Shown: piece by piece, positions 36,578 through 47,072 of the stretch | Layout: each line of letters opens with the position of its first letter | How positions within the stretch are numbered: the stretch's first letter is position 1 | From: Candidatus Eiseniibacteriota bacterium | GTDB taxonomy: Bacteria; Eisenbacteria; RBG-16-71-46 | Direction: 5' to 3' | Length of the DNA stretch: 64,000 nt | Assembly (NCBI GenBank): GCA_963717505.1 | Contig: OY970342.1 | Location: 2,688,001 to 2,752,000 of the forward strand | Position numbers and translations under genes: made by a program | The notes under the pieces: model-generated | What the model was told of the DNA's origin: nothing | Database searches by the model: none | What the model saw: the letters and a program-made list of their open reading frames with translations, nothing else

Positions 36578-36696
36578 ATTGTCACGTCAGCGTCCGCCGG
36601 GAGTTGCGCGCTACCCCTTCGCGCGCGCCGGCTGCCGTCCTCCGACATCACCTCCTGATACTCGCGTAAGACCGGCCGTCTGGACGACATCCTCGC

Positions 36697-39600
36697 TTGA
36701 GTGACCGCACGGTAGGCTCCTTTGCGGACCTGCTGCGGGGCTGGCTGCGTGCCCCGCGCTCGCGTCCGTCCATCCGGTGGCTGTTCCGGCCACTGGTGGC
36801 CTGCGCCATTCTCAATTTCGGCGTCTCCGCCGCGCACGCGCAATCCACCTACGTCTGGAACGTGACGGGGACCGGCAACTACAGCGACCAGGACAACTGG
36901 ACGCCGCGCCGCAACAACTCGAGCACGGACGACATCCTGGTGATCGACGGCAGCCTCACGCCGACGACCAGCATCGAGGACATCGAGGCCGAAACCATCG
37001 GCGCGTTCCGGTTCGTGAACAGCGTGGTGGCCACCCTCTCGGCGACCGCGTCCCGGACCCTGGTCATGTCCGGCACCGGCTCGCCGGCGTTCGACATCGG
37101 CGCGGGAAGCTCGGTCCTCGTGAATGGAGCTTCGCCGATTCAGTTCAACCTGAGCGCGGGCGCCAGTGCGCTCCTGAGCGGGACGCTGATCTTCTCCGGG
37201 ACCAGCCACCGGCTGGTGGCTGCCGGCGCCGGTGCGGTCGTGTTCACCAGTGGCTCGGTGTTCGAGACCGCCGCCGCATTCACCGGGAGCCCGTACGGCA
37301 CTTCGGGAATCACGGACATCGTGGTCTTCCAGGCGGGCTCGACCTACCGCCATGGCGCGGGAGGCAATCCGTTCGGGCTGGCCGCGCCGGCATCGCGCGT
37401 CGTATTCCAGAGCGGCAGCGAGTTCGTGGCGCTCATTCCGACCGGCTTCGTGGCCACCGGGCGCACGTACTCGCACCTCAGGATCGCCAACGCGACGGCG
37501 ATCAGCACCAGCGGAACCGGCACGCTCCAGTTCGACAACTTGTTCGTCGAGAACGGTTCGTCGTTCACCCACAGCGGGAGCGGTGCGGCGGCGATCCGGA
37601 TTCGCGGCAACGTCGGCAGCTCCGGGACCGGGGCGATTTCCTTGATGTCGGGCAACGGCGACGTGCACTTCGAAGCCGCGGGGATGCAGTCGATCGGTGG
37701 TGGCGGCGGCACCGGATCGATTCTGATCGGCAGCGCCGCGCACGTTCCGGCGACCACCACCCTGCAGCTCGAGCGCGCGGTGACATTCGCGACCACGTTG
37801 TTCGTCGGCGGTGTGCTTCAGGTGGCGCCCGGCGGCTCTTTGACCGGCACCGTCGAGTACGCCGATGCCGCGCGCCTGGTGTTCGCCTCGAGCGCCAGTC
37901 CGATCTCGGTCGATGCCGCGGCCTATTGGCCGGCGCTCAACGGTCCCGATGAGATCCTGGTGAACGGCCCGGGCGGGATCAGCATGGCCAGCGGGGCGAA
38001 CCGCGCAGCCACCGGTCTGCTCCGGGTGGCCGGCCCGATCGCGAACGCCGGAGAGATCGTCGTCACCGGCACGCTGCAGCGAGAGCCGGGCGGATCGGTG
38101 ACCGGCGGGCCGGTCTATGGCGCCTCCTCGATCCTGCGCTACCTCGGGACCTTCGCGGTCGGTGGCGAGTGGGGTGGGGGCGTGATCGTCGGCGCGGGGG
38201 TTCCCCGGAACGTCGAAATCGCCGCCGGATCCGGCACGGTGACCCTGCCCAGCCAGGACCGCTACGTTCCCGGCAACCTGACGGTGGAGAGCGGCACGCT
38301 GGCGCTCGGCCCCACGGCGGGGAATCTCTTGATTCGAGGCAACTGGACCAACTCCGGGACGCTGGTCCCCAACGACCGCACGGTCGCGATGATCGGCACG
38401 GCCAACCAGACCGTCACCCGAACGGCCGGCGCCGAAGCCTTCGACATCCTGCAGATCATCAAGACCGGCGGGGACGTATTCCTCGGCTCCAACGTCAACA
38501 TCAACAAACGTCTGTTCCTGAACGGCGGCGACCTGATCACCGGCCCGCACCTGGCGTCGCTGGTTTCAACCACCGCCTATGTGGTGTGGACCGCGGGTCA
38601 TGTCGAGGGCACGCTGCGCAAGCTGGTCGGCACCGGGCCGAAGAGCGTCCTGTTCGAGATCGGCTCCGGTGGCCGCGATGGATTCCTGGGCGCCAGTTTC
38701 GGATCGATCTCGGCGGGAGGCTACCTGGCCGCTTCGACCGTCGGTGGCGACCATCCTCAGATCGCCTCGTCCTCATTCGATCCCAACCTGACCGCGAATC
38801 GTTCGTGGACGCTTTCGGGTCCCGGGGTCGCGTTCGACTCGGCGGCGGTCAGCCTGTACTTCGATCCTGCCGACCTCGACGCGGGCGCCAACCCACTGAC
38901 GTTCGAGGTCGGACGCTGGTCGGCGGGCTGGACCGATCCGCGGATCGGAGTGGTCACCGACTCGAGCACGCAGGCCGTCGGGCTCACGGCGCTCGGCGAT
39001 TTCGTGGTCGGCAACCGGGCCGGTCACACGATCACCGCGACCGCGGGGTCCGGTGGTGCGATCACCCCTTCTGGCGCGGTCGCCGTGCCGCACAAGGCCA
39101 ATCAGTTGTTCACGATGACGCCGAATCCCCACTACCACGTGGCGAACGTCGTGGTCGACAGCGCTTCCGTCGGCGCGGTTCCGACCTACACATTCGTCGA
39201 CGTACGCAAGGACCACACGATCGCCGCGACCTTCGCGATCGACCGTCATACCGTGGCCGTCGACACGGTGGGCGGCGGCACGGTGGCGCGGAGCCCCAAT
39301 CTCCCGGACTATCCCTATGGATCCTTGGTCCAGCTCACGGCGACTCCCGCGTTCGGCTATCAGTTCGGCTCCTGGAGTGGCGACACGGCCAGCACCGCGA
39401 ATCCGCTCCAGGTGCTGGTGGACGGCAACCTCTCGATCACGGCCACCTTCGTCGCGAACCTCTACACGCTGTCGGTGAGCTCGGTCGGGCCGGGGATCGT
39501 CTATCGCCAGCCGAACCTGTCCCAATACGCGTACGGCAGCACCGTGTGGTTGACCGCGAGCCCTCAACCCGGCTACGGACTCACCGCGTGGAGCGGTAGT

Positions 39601-42600
39601 GCCAGCGGGACGACCAACCCGTTGCCGTTGACGATCAACGGCCCGATGAGCGTCACCGCCACCTTTGGGACGCCCTCGTTCCCGGTGGCCGTGAACGTCG
39701 TCGGCTCGGGCACGGTGACGCGCAGCCCGAACCAGACTTCATACGTGGTTCTGTCCACCGTCGAGCTGACCGCGATCCCCGACGCCGGATCGCGCTTCGT
39801 CGGATGGTCGGGCAGCGTCAGCGGCGCTTCCAACCCGGTGCTCCTGACCGTGGATGCCACCGAATCGGTCACCGCGACGTTCACGACGTCGGCATTCGAC
39901 TACACGCTGACCCGTTTCGCATCCTCGTACTCGCCGATCACCGAGGCGGGTGGCGCCACGCCGCTCATGGTGGCCGCTGACGATTCGATCCGTTCGATCC
40001 CCTTGCCCTTCATCTTCACCTACGCGGGCAACGTCTATCGGACCACCTCGCACCTGGCGGTGAGCGCGAATGGCTATGCGTTCATGAGCCGCGAGCCGGT
40101 GCAGACTTCTTCGGTCGCCTCGTCGATCAACACCGGTTTGTTCACCACCGGAGCGCCGAACGCCACGCTGGCCCCGTGGTTCGACAACCTCGCGGTCAAC
40201 GCGGTCGGCGCCAACCCGTCGGGATCCGTGCTCTACCAGACGTTCGGAACCCCGGGGTCGCGCAGCCTGGTGGTTCAGTGGACCAACGTCTCCTCGTACG
40301 CGCAGACCACGGCCGGGCAGCCGCGCCGGCTCAACTTCCAGCTGGCCCTGTTCGAGGCCTCGGGGGTCGTCGAGTTCCGATACGGGTCGGTCCAGGGCTC
40401 GGACTTCAGCATTCTCGAATCCGCTTCGATCGGGATCGAGGACTCGACCGGCGGCAACAACCACTACATCGACGCGATCACCGGATCCCGGCTGACCGGG
40501 ACCAGCATGATGACGTCGAACAAGTGGCCGACGAGGCACGTTCGCTTCACCCCCGGCGCCCCGACGCCGATCCCCGGCGGGGATTACACGGTCGGCATGG
40601 TCGCGACCTATCCCAACCTCAATGAGGCCTTCGCCGACCTCAACCACCGTGGCGTCTCCGGCCCGGTCACCCTGAACCTGAACAACGCGGTCTACGACTC
40701 GAGCTCCGGGGGAGGACGAAACGTATTCCCGTTGCTGCTCGGCCCGATTGCCGGCGCCGACGCCTCGAGACCGGTCGTCATCCAATCCGGGGGCGGGTCG
40801 GTGCTGCGGCACCGCGGGACCGACAACGGCACGTGCGTCCATCAGAACGGCACCCACGTGATCGGGATCGCGAACGAGCCGATCGTCGGCCTGTTGGGCG
40901 CCGACTACGTCACGCTCTCCAACGTCACCCTCGAGGGTGGATCGGCCGTCGATCGTGGTGTGCTGGTGCTCAATTCGTCGCGCTCCGATGGCGCATGGCA
41001 CAACACGTTCGTCGACGTGACCGTGTTGCTCGATCGAACCAACCCTTCTTCGATCGGGATCGAGCAGGTGGTCCCGGCGACTCCGACCTCGGCGGACGGC
41101 TCGAACTCGTACAACCGCTACCTCAACGTGACGGTCGAGGACGCCTACTCGGGCATCGCGCTCACCGGAAACGGTTCGTGGCTCGACGTCGGTTGCGAGA
41201 TCGGCGGCGCCGCCGGCAACGCACGAACCATCGTCGGCGCGGCCACTGCGGGCGACATTGGCGGCGGATCAGCGCCGGTCTACGGCGTGCGCGCGGTGAA
41301 CCAATCCGGACTTCTGATTCGGAGCACCACGGTCCGCAATCTGGTCGGTAGCGGCACGGGCCCGGTCGAGGGCATCGTCGTCGAGCCTCAGGGCGCGGTG
41401 TCGACCCCGCACGGGACGCTCGAGATCTCGGGCTCCCTGATCCACGATCTGGCTCAGGCGTCGCCCAGCGGCGGCCGCGTCGTCGGCCTCAAGGTCGGCG
41501 TGACCGCGAATCCCGCGAGTGTCGTCCGCGTGTACAACAACCTGATCCACCAGCTGTCGTCGGCCAGCACGTCGACCCTGTCTCGGCGCGTGATCGGCAT
41601 CCAGGCGCAGGAGATCGCGCTGGGCGAAGGCGGCACGATCGACGTCGACTTCAACTCGGTTCGGCTGGCGCCCGCGGGACTTGCGTGTCCGAATACGGCT
41701 TTCGAGCTGGGAACCCACACCGGTCCCGTCGTCCACGCGCGCAACAACATCTTTGCGAACTTCACGGCCGCGCAATCGGGCGCGGCCCGACACTACGCGA
41801 TGGTGGTTCCCGGCGCCGGCGCCCTGGGCCCTGCCGGCTCGATCTCGAACCACAACCTGCTGCATGTCGCGAATCCAACCAACGGCTACGCCGGCCGCGC
41901 CGGGGGCGTCGATCGCGTCGCGCTGGCCGACTGGCAGTCCGCGACCGGCGGCGACGCCAATAGCCGGAGCGAGAACCCCGAGTTCGCGTCGTCCTCCAAC
42001 CTCCACCTGAGCACCGTCATGGCCACGCCCGCCGAATCGCAGGGGTCGATGTACTCGGGCACGATCGGCTGGGTCACCGACGATGTGGATGGACAGCCTC
42101 GCTCCATGAGCAGTCCGGACGTCGGCGCCGACGAGGGCTCGTTCGTTCGGCTCCCCTGGCTCGACCTGCAGGCCCTGAGCATCGACACGCCCGGACCCGG
42201 CACCTCGCTCGCCGCCGGTGTGCCGTTCGCGCCGCGTGCGACGTTCCGCAATCTGGGTGGAGCGACGCTGGCTGGCGCAACGGTGCGGTTCCGGATCACC
42301 GGCCCGGCGCCGTCCTCGGCCGTGGTCTACAACGTCACCGCGACGACCCCGACGCTGCCGCGAGATTCGAGCGGAATCGTGACCTTCGGCAGCGCCACGC
42401 TCTCCACCCCGGGCGTCTATTCCCTGCTCGCGCGCGCCGAGCTTCCGGGCGACGAAGTTGCGGCCAACGACAGCGCCACCGGCACGGCTCAGGCCTCGGG
42501 TCCTTTGGTGGGCGACTATCTGGTCGGCAACGCACAGCCCTCGCCGTTCAATACCCTGACCGGGGCGGTTGGACGTCTGAACGCCGTCGGGGTCGCGGGA

Positions 42601-45600
42601 GCGGTGCGCCTGCTGCTCATCGACGCGAGCTACGGCGCACTCGAGACGTTTCCGATCACGGTGCAGTCGTACCCGGGGGCGAGTGCCGCGAATTCGGTCA
42701 CGATTCGGCCGGCATCCGGGAACATCGTGACCATGACCGGCAGCAGCGCTCAGGCACTGCTGATGCTCTCGGGCGCGGACTACGTGGTGATCGAGGGCTC
42801 GAACCAGACCGGCGGGACCAGTCGCGACTGGACGCTCGAAAACCAGAACGCAGGTTCGAGTGCGGTGGTCTGGGTCGGCTCGAACGGCTCCAACGGTGCG
42901 ACCAACAATGGGGTGCGCAACGTCCGGGTGCGCGGCAGCGGGAACGGAACGCTGGTCGGGGTTGGGATCGGCGGGCCTTCGGTCGGCCTGACCAGCAACG
43001 GCACCAACAACGCGTCGAATCGGGTGGAGAACATCCGCGCCGAGCGCGCCCAGGTCGGCGTGTACACCGCGGGGTCGTCGGGAAGCGGCAAGGCGACGGG
43101 AACCGTGGTCACCCGGAACGATCTGGATGCCGGCTCACCCGACCATCTGACGAAAGCCGGCATTCTGTCGCGCAACGAAGACGGCATCCAGATCACCGAA
43201 AACGTGATCGGCAACCTGAGTGGTACCGGCGTCGAGGACGTGATCGGTATCGCGCTGGGCACGACCCAGGTGTCGTCGACGACCTTCACCGGAGACGAAG
43301 TCACCGGCGCCACGGTTTCCGCCAACGTCGTGGACGCGATCACGGGCGGCGCGGCCGGCGCCGCGGGAATCGTGCTGGCGCGGGTCACGAGCGGCACCAA
43401 CACCCTGGTCAACAACATGGTCAGCCGTGTGATCAGCACGCCGCCCACCGGCCGACTGACCGCGGGGATCCTCGCGGGTGGCGGCGGGACCACGCGCGTG
43501 TGGTTCAACTCGGTGTCGATGACGGGCAATCGCGGATCCGCGTCCGGTCGCGGGTTCGCCCTGGCGGTCGCCGACTCGACCAATCCGGTGGAGGTGCGCA
43601 ACAACGTCCTGGCCACCACCCAAACGGGAACCGGGGCGGCGACGCACGCGATCGGCATGCTCGAGGGAGGAACGTTCGCGAGCCTGACCTCCAACTACAA
43701 CGACTTCTACGCGCCCTCGGCCGCGCTGGCGGTGGTGGGCGGCCTCGCGGTCCCGCCGGGTCAAACCGTCGCGGATCTCGCGGCCTGGCGCACCCGAACC
43801 GGTGAGGACGCATCTTCGGTGTCCGGCGATCCGCTGTTCCAGGGGAATGGCGATCTGCACGTCACGTCGCCGTTGTCGCCGGCCGCCAACGCCGGCCAAC
43901 CGATCGCCGGCGTCACCACCGACCTCGACGGCGAAGCTGGCAGCCGCACGACCCTGCCGGACCTCGGCGCGGACGAATTCACGACCTGGTCCCTCGCCAC
44001 CGCCGTATCGGGCGGCGGCGCGGTGCAACGGACTCCGGACCAACCGAGCTACGCGCCCTCGAGCACGGTGCAGATCCAGGCGACGCCGAACACGGGGTGG
44101 GTGTTCACCAGCTGGAGCGGCAGCGTGACCGGGGCGACGAATCCGACGAACGTGTTCATGGACGGCCACAAGTCGGTGACCGCGACCTTCACGATCGCAG
44201 CCTACGCGCTGACCGTGGACATCGTGGGTCTCGGCACGGTCACCAAGAATCCCAACCAGCCGACCTATGCCCACGGCACGGTCGTGAACCTGACGGCGAA
44301 CCCGTCGGTCGGCTACAGCTTCGTCGGCTGGAGCGGTGACACCACGGCGACCACGAATCCGTTGCCGGTGGTCATGAATCGGGCCAAGGCGATCACCGCG
44401 ACGTTCTCGCTCAGCACCTACACGCTCACCGTCAACGTGGTCGGGAATGGCACCGTCACGCGCAACCCCGATCAGCCGCTCTACGGGCACGGGACCATAG
44501 TGACGCTGACCGCGACGCCCGCCACCGGCTGGAGCTTCACCGGTTGGAGCGGATCGGTGAGCGGGACCATGAATCCGATTCAGGTGGTGATGAACGGTCC
44601 GCGCACGGTCACGGCAACATTCACCATCAACAGCTACGCGCTCAACGTGGCGGTGGTTGGCAGCGGCAGCGTGGCTCGAAGCCCGGATCAGGCCCTCTAC
44701 ACCCACGGCACGAACGTGACGCTGACCGCGACCCCGGCCACCGGGTGGACGTTCACCTCGTGGAGCGGGGACGCGACCGGCGCCACGAACCCCGTCCAGG
44801 TGGTGATGAACGGTCCGCGCTCGGTGACGGCGACGTTCACGATCAATACTTACCCACTCGACGTCACGGTGGTCGGCAACGGCAGCGTCGTCCGAAACCC
44901 CGATCAGCCGGCCTACAACCACGGGACCACGGTGACGCTGACCGCGACGCCGGCCACCGGATGGAGCTTCACCGGCTGGAGCGGGAGCGCGACCGGAACC
45001 ACGAACCCGGTTCAGGTGGTGATGAATGGTCCGCGGGCGGTGACGGCGACCTTCACCATCAACAGCTACACGCTCAGCGTGTCGGTGACCGGGTCGGGGA
45101 CCGTCGACGTGAACCCGAACCAGGCCACGTACACGCATGGGACCAACGTCACCCTCACCGCAACCCCGGGGGCCAACCATCTATTCGCCGGCTGGACCGG
45201 AGATGCCACCGGGTCGACCAATCCGTTGGTCGTGCCCATGACCTCGAACAAGACGATCACGGCCCAGTTCGTGGTCGACACGTATACGCTGAGCGTCAAC
45301 GTGGTTGGCAGCGGCAGCGTGACGCGGAATCCGAATCTCGCGCAGTACCCGCACGGAACTCTGGTCGAGCTGACGGCCGTCCCCTCGTCGGGGTGGAGCT
45401 TCGTCCAGTGGAGCGGCGACCTGACCGGCGCGGCCAACCCGCAGTCGTTGAGCATGGTGGGGCCGAGGTCCGTGACCGCGACCTTCGCAGTCAGCACCTA
45501 CGCGCTCGACGTGACCGTTGCCGGTAGCGGGTCGGTGACGAAAGTTCCGAACCAGGCGCTCTACAACCACGGAACCATCGTCCAGCTGACCGCGGTTCCC

Positions 45601-46752
45601 TCCACCGGTTGGGTCTTTGCCGGCTGGAGCGGGGACGCGAGCGGAACCAACAACCCGGTCAACGTCACGATGAATGGTCCGCGCGCGGTGACCGCCAGCT
45701 TCACCATCAGTACTTACGCGCTCGGGATCACCGTGATTGGCAGCGGGACCGTTGCGAAGAACCCGAACCAGGCCCTGTACGACCACGGAACCATCGTCCA
45801 ACTCACGGCGAGTGCTTCGACCGGGTGGGGTTTCTCGGGCTGGAGCGGGGATGCCTCCGGGTTCGTGAATCCGACCCAGGTCACGATGAACGGACCCAAG
45901 TCCGTGACGGCGACATTTACCATCAACTCCTACTTCCTCGACCTGTCGATCGTGGGCAGCGGTAGCGTGATCGCGAATCCCGACCAGTCCTTCTACGACC
46001 ACGGGACGGTGGTGACCCTGACCGCGACCCCGGCGGCCGGCCGCAGCTTCGTGGGCTGGAGCGGGGACGCGAGCGGCAGCCAGAACCCGATTCAGATCAC
46101 CATGGACGCCGATAAGTCGATCACGGCGACGTTTACGCTCAATCTGCACACGCTCAGCGTCACGGGCGGCCCGCACGGCCAGGTCTCGGTCACGATCGAC
46201 GTTCCCATGGAGGCTGCTGCGTCGGACAGGGCGCAGAGCCGGCGAGCTCCCAGTGGTGGCAACGGGACCATTCCCGGACCGACTCCGGCATCAGGAGTCG
46301 AGTCCGAAAGCAGCCAGTTTGGGCACGGCTCACTTCTGACGCTGACGGCGACCGCCATGGAGGGCTGGCTGTTCGCGGGGTGGGAGGGGGATGCCTCCGG
46401 ATCCGCGAATCCTCTTCAGGTCGTCATGGATCAACCGCGGAACATTTCCGCCAAGTTCGTGCGTGGCGCGCAGAACGCCGGTCCGGTGGTGGAGTTGGGA
46501 CTGACCCGGATCCACCCCAATCCAGCGGTGGGACCCATTTCGATCGAGTACGCGCTCCCCCTGGCCTCGGGAGTCCGGCTCAGCCTGGTGGACGTCCAGG
46601 GGCGTGTGGTCGCCCTCCTGGTGAACGAGCCGAGATCTGCGGGTCGCCATGAGGTTCGCTGGGATCCCAAGGGGAACCCTCCGGGGGTCTATTTCGCGTG
46701 TCTCGAGACCGGTGGTCAGCGTCGGATCCGCCGTCTAGTGCTGGGCCGATGA
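36697..46752 (+). CDS. Giant secreted adhesin-like protein 1 (about 3350 aa)
   Basis: Signal peptide (SAAHA|QS), unique head of about 750 aa, 4 InlB-B/Flg_new-like repeats, NIDO-like domain, two parallel beta-helix-like modules separated by a CARDB-like Ig domain, 11 further 72-aa repeats, T9SS-like CTD (HPNP...DVQGRVV...PGVYF). Start uncertain; domain names are by motif resemblance. Confidence 0.88.
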   Translation: MSDRTVGSFADLLRGWLRAPRSRPSIRWLFRPLVACAILNFGVSAAHAQSTYVWNVTGTGNYSDQDNWTPRRNNSSTDDILVIDGSLTPTTSIEDIEAETIGAFRFVNSVVATLSATASRTLVMSGTGSPAFDIGAGSSVLVNGASPIQFNLSAGASALLSGTLIFSGTSHRLVAAGAGAVVFTSGSVFETAAAFTGSPYGTSGITDIVVFQAGSTYRHGAGGNPFGLAAPASRVVFQSGSEFVALIPTGFVATGRTYSHLRIANATAISTSGTGTLQFDNLFVENGSSFTHSGSGAAAIRIRGNVGSSGTGAISLMSGNGDVHFEAAGMQSIGGGGGTGSILIGSAAHVPATTTLQLERAVTFATTLFVGGVLQVAPGGSLTGTVEYADAARLVFASSASPISVDAAAYWPALNGPDEILVNGPGGISMASGANRAATGLLRVAGPIANAGEIVVTGTLQREPGGSVTGGPVYGASSILRYLGTFAVGGEWGGGVIVGAGVPRNVEIAAGSGTVTLPSQDRYVPGNLTVESGTLALGPTAGNLLIRGNWTNSGTLVPNDRTVAMIGTANQTVTRTAGAEAFDILQIIKTGGDVFLGSNVNINKRLFLNGGDLITGPHLASLVSTTAYVVWTAGHVEGTLRKLVGTGPKSVLFEIGSGGRDGFLGASFGSISAGGYLAASTVGGDHPQIASSSFDPNLTANRSWTLSGPGVAFDSAAVSLYFDPADLDAGANPLTFEVGRWSAGWTDPRIGVVTDSSTQAVGLTALGDFVVGNRAGHTITATAGSGGAITPSGAVAVPHKANQLFTMTPNPHYHVANVVVDSASVGAVPTYTFVDVRKDHTIAATFAIDRHTVAVDTVGGGTVARSPNLPDYPYGSLVQLTATPAFGYQFGSWSGDTASTANPLQVLVDGNLSITATFVANLYTLSVSSVGPGIVYRQPNLSQYAYGSTVWLTASPQPGYGLTAWSGSASGTTNPLPLTINGPMSVTATFGTPSFPVAVNVVGSGTVTRSPNQTSYVVLSTVELTAIPDAGSRFVGWSGSVSGASNPVLLTVDATESVTATFTTSAFDYTLTRFASSYSPITEAGGATPLMVAADDSIRSIPLPFIFTYAGNVYRTTSHLAVSANGYAFMSREPVQTSSVASSINTGLFTTGAPNATLAPWFDNLAVNAVGANPSGSVLYQTFGTPGSRSLVVQWTNVSSYAQTTAGQPRRLNFQLALFEASGVVEFRYGSVQGSDFSILESASIGIEDSTGGNNHYIDAITGSRLTGTSMMTSNKWPTRHVRFTPGAPTPIPGGDYTVGMVATYPNLNEAFADLNHRGVSGPVTLNLNNAVYDSSSGGGRNVFPLLLGPIAGADASRPVVIQSGGGSVLRHRGTDNGTCVHQNGTHVIGIANEPIVGLLGADYVTLSNVTLEGGSAVDRGVLVLNSSRSDGAWHNTFVDVTVLLDRTNPSSIGIEQVVPATPTSADGSNSYNRYLNVTVEDAYSGIALTGNGSWLDVGCEIGGAAGNARTIVGAATAGDIGGGSAPVYGVRAVNQSGLLIRSTTVRNLVGSGTGPVEGIVVEPQGAVSTPHGTLEISGSLIHDLAQASPSGGRVVGLKVGVTANPASVVRVYNNLIHQLSSASTSTLSRRVIGIQAQEIALGEGGTIDVDFNSVRLAPAGLACPNTAFELGTHTGPVVHARNNIFANFTAAQSGAARHYAMVVPGAGALGPAGSISNHNLLHVANPTNGYAGRAGGVDRVALADWQSATGGDANSRSENPEFASSSNLHLSTVMATPAESQGSMYSGTIGWVTDDVDGQPRSMSSPDVGADEGSFVRLPWLDLQALSIDTPGPGTSLAAGVPFAPRATFRNLGGATLAGATVRFRITGPAPSSAVVYNVTATTPTLPRDSSGIVTFGSATLSTPGVYSLLARAELPGDEVAANDSATGTAQASGPLVGDYLVGNAQPSPFNTLTGAVGRLNAVGVAGAVRLLLIDASYGALETFPITVQSYPGASAANSVTIRPASGNIVTMTGSSAQALLMLSGADYVVIEGSNQTGGTSRDWTLENQNAGSSAVVWVGSNGSNGATNNGVRNVRVRGSGNGTLVGVGIGGPSVGLTSNGTNNASNRVENIRAERAQVGVYTAGSSGSGKATGTVVTRNDLDAGSPDHLTKAGILSRNEDGIQITENVIGNLSGTGVEDVIGIALGTTQVSSTTFTGDEVTGATVSANVVDAITGGAAGAAGIVLARVTSGTNTLVNNMVSRVISTPPTGRLTAGILAGGGGTTRVWFNSVSMTGNRGSASGRGFALAVADSTNPVEVRNNVLATTQTGTGAATHAIGMLEGGTFASLTSNYNDFYAPSAALAVVGGLAVPPGQTVADLAAWRTRTGEDASSVSGDPLFQGNGDLHVTSPLSPAANAGQPIAGVTTDLDGEAGSRTTLPDLGADEFTTWSLATAVSGGGAVQRTPDQPSYAPSSTVQIQATPNTGWVFTSWSGSVTGATNPTNVFMDGHKSVTATFTIAAYALTVDIVGLGTVTKNPNQPTYAHGTVVNLTANPSVGYSFVGWSGDTTATTNPLPVVMNRAKAITATFSLSTYTLTVNVVGNGTVTRNPDQPLYGHGTIVTLTATPATGWSFTGWSGSVSGTMNPIQVVMNGPRTVTATFTINSYALNVAVVGSGSVARSPDQALYTHGTNVTLTATPATGWTFTSWSGDATGATNPVQVVMNGPRSVTATFTINTYPLDVTVVGNGSVVRNPDQPAYNHGTTVTLTATPATGWSFTGWSGSATGTTNPVQVVMNGPRAVTATFTINSYTLSVSVTGSGTVDVNPNQATYTHGTNVTLTATPGANHLFAGWTGDATGSTNPLVVPMTSNKTITAQFVVDTYTLSVNVVGSGSVTRNPNLAQYPHGTLVELTAVPSSGWSFVQWSGDLTGAANPQSLSMVGPRSVTATFAVSTYALDVTVAGSGSVTKVPNQALYNHGTIVQLTAVPSTGWVFAGWSGDASGTNNPVNVTMNGPRAVTASFTISTYALGITVIGSGTVAKNPNQALYDHGTIVQLTASASTGWGFSGWSGDASGFVNPTQVTMNGPKSVTATFTINSYFLDLSIVGSGSVIANPDQSFYDHGTVVTLTATPAAGRSFVGWSGDASGSQNPIQITMDADKSITATFTLNLHTLSVTGGPHGQVSVTIDVPMEAAASDRAQSRRAPSGGNGTIPGPTPASGVESESSQFGHGSLLTLTATAMEGWLFAGWEGDASGSANPLQVVMDQPRNISAKFVRGAQNAGPVVELGLTRIHPNPAVGPISIEYALPLASGVRLSLVDVQGRVVALLVNEPRSAGRHEVRWDPKGNPPGVYFACLETGGQRRIRRLVLGR
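43987..46460 (+). repeat. 11 tandem 216-nt (72-aa) InlB-B/Flg_new-like repeats
   Basis: Consensus Y.L.V.VVG.G.V.RNPDQ..Y.HGT.V.LTATP..GW.F.GWSG...G..NP..V.MNGPR.VTATF, counted from the translation. Confidence 0.9.
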
Positions 46753-46773
46753 GCCGGAGCCCTGTCGCACCGC

Positions 46774-46816
46774 GGGTGGATCCCTCGCCGGGTGGAACCG
46801 GGATCCATTCCTTTTT
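46774..46816 (+). terminator. Terminator after giant gene 1
   Basis: GGGTGGATCCC...GGGATCCATTC-C-TTTTT. Confidence 0.6.
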
Positions 46817-46859
46817 GCAACGCTTCGGGGGCCAGGAGCGTGTTGGCACTGCAAAACCC

Positions 46860-46888
46860 TTGAACGAAACCTTGACGGAACATAGACT
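46860..46888 (+). promoter_or_regulatory. Putative promoter of giant adhesin 2
   Basis: TTGAAC-N17-TAGACT. Confidence 0.55.
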
Positions 46889-47072
46889 TGTGCCCACCCA
46901 ACGCAGAACTTTCAGGAGGAGACATCCCCAGCACCACACCCTAGTTCTCGGCGCTTCCGGCTGTGCCTCCCCTTCCACCGCCCGCCCGGAAGCAAAGCGC
47001 CCAAAAGAACTGGTCACCCACCGCGCCCGCCGGCGGCTCCGCGCTGGCAGCGTCACCGTTTTGGGAGCGAAC

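Noticed and set aside
46941-47013. c-di-GMP-I riboswitch resemblance on the minus strand
   Set aside because: Wrong orientation, and lacks the GGCAAA/GAAA tetraloop and GCAAAG elements.
46698-47072. 125-aa N-terminal extension of adhesin 2 overlapping adhesin 1
   Set aside because: The region contains a terminator and promoter; SD and signal peptide point to GTG 47073.
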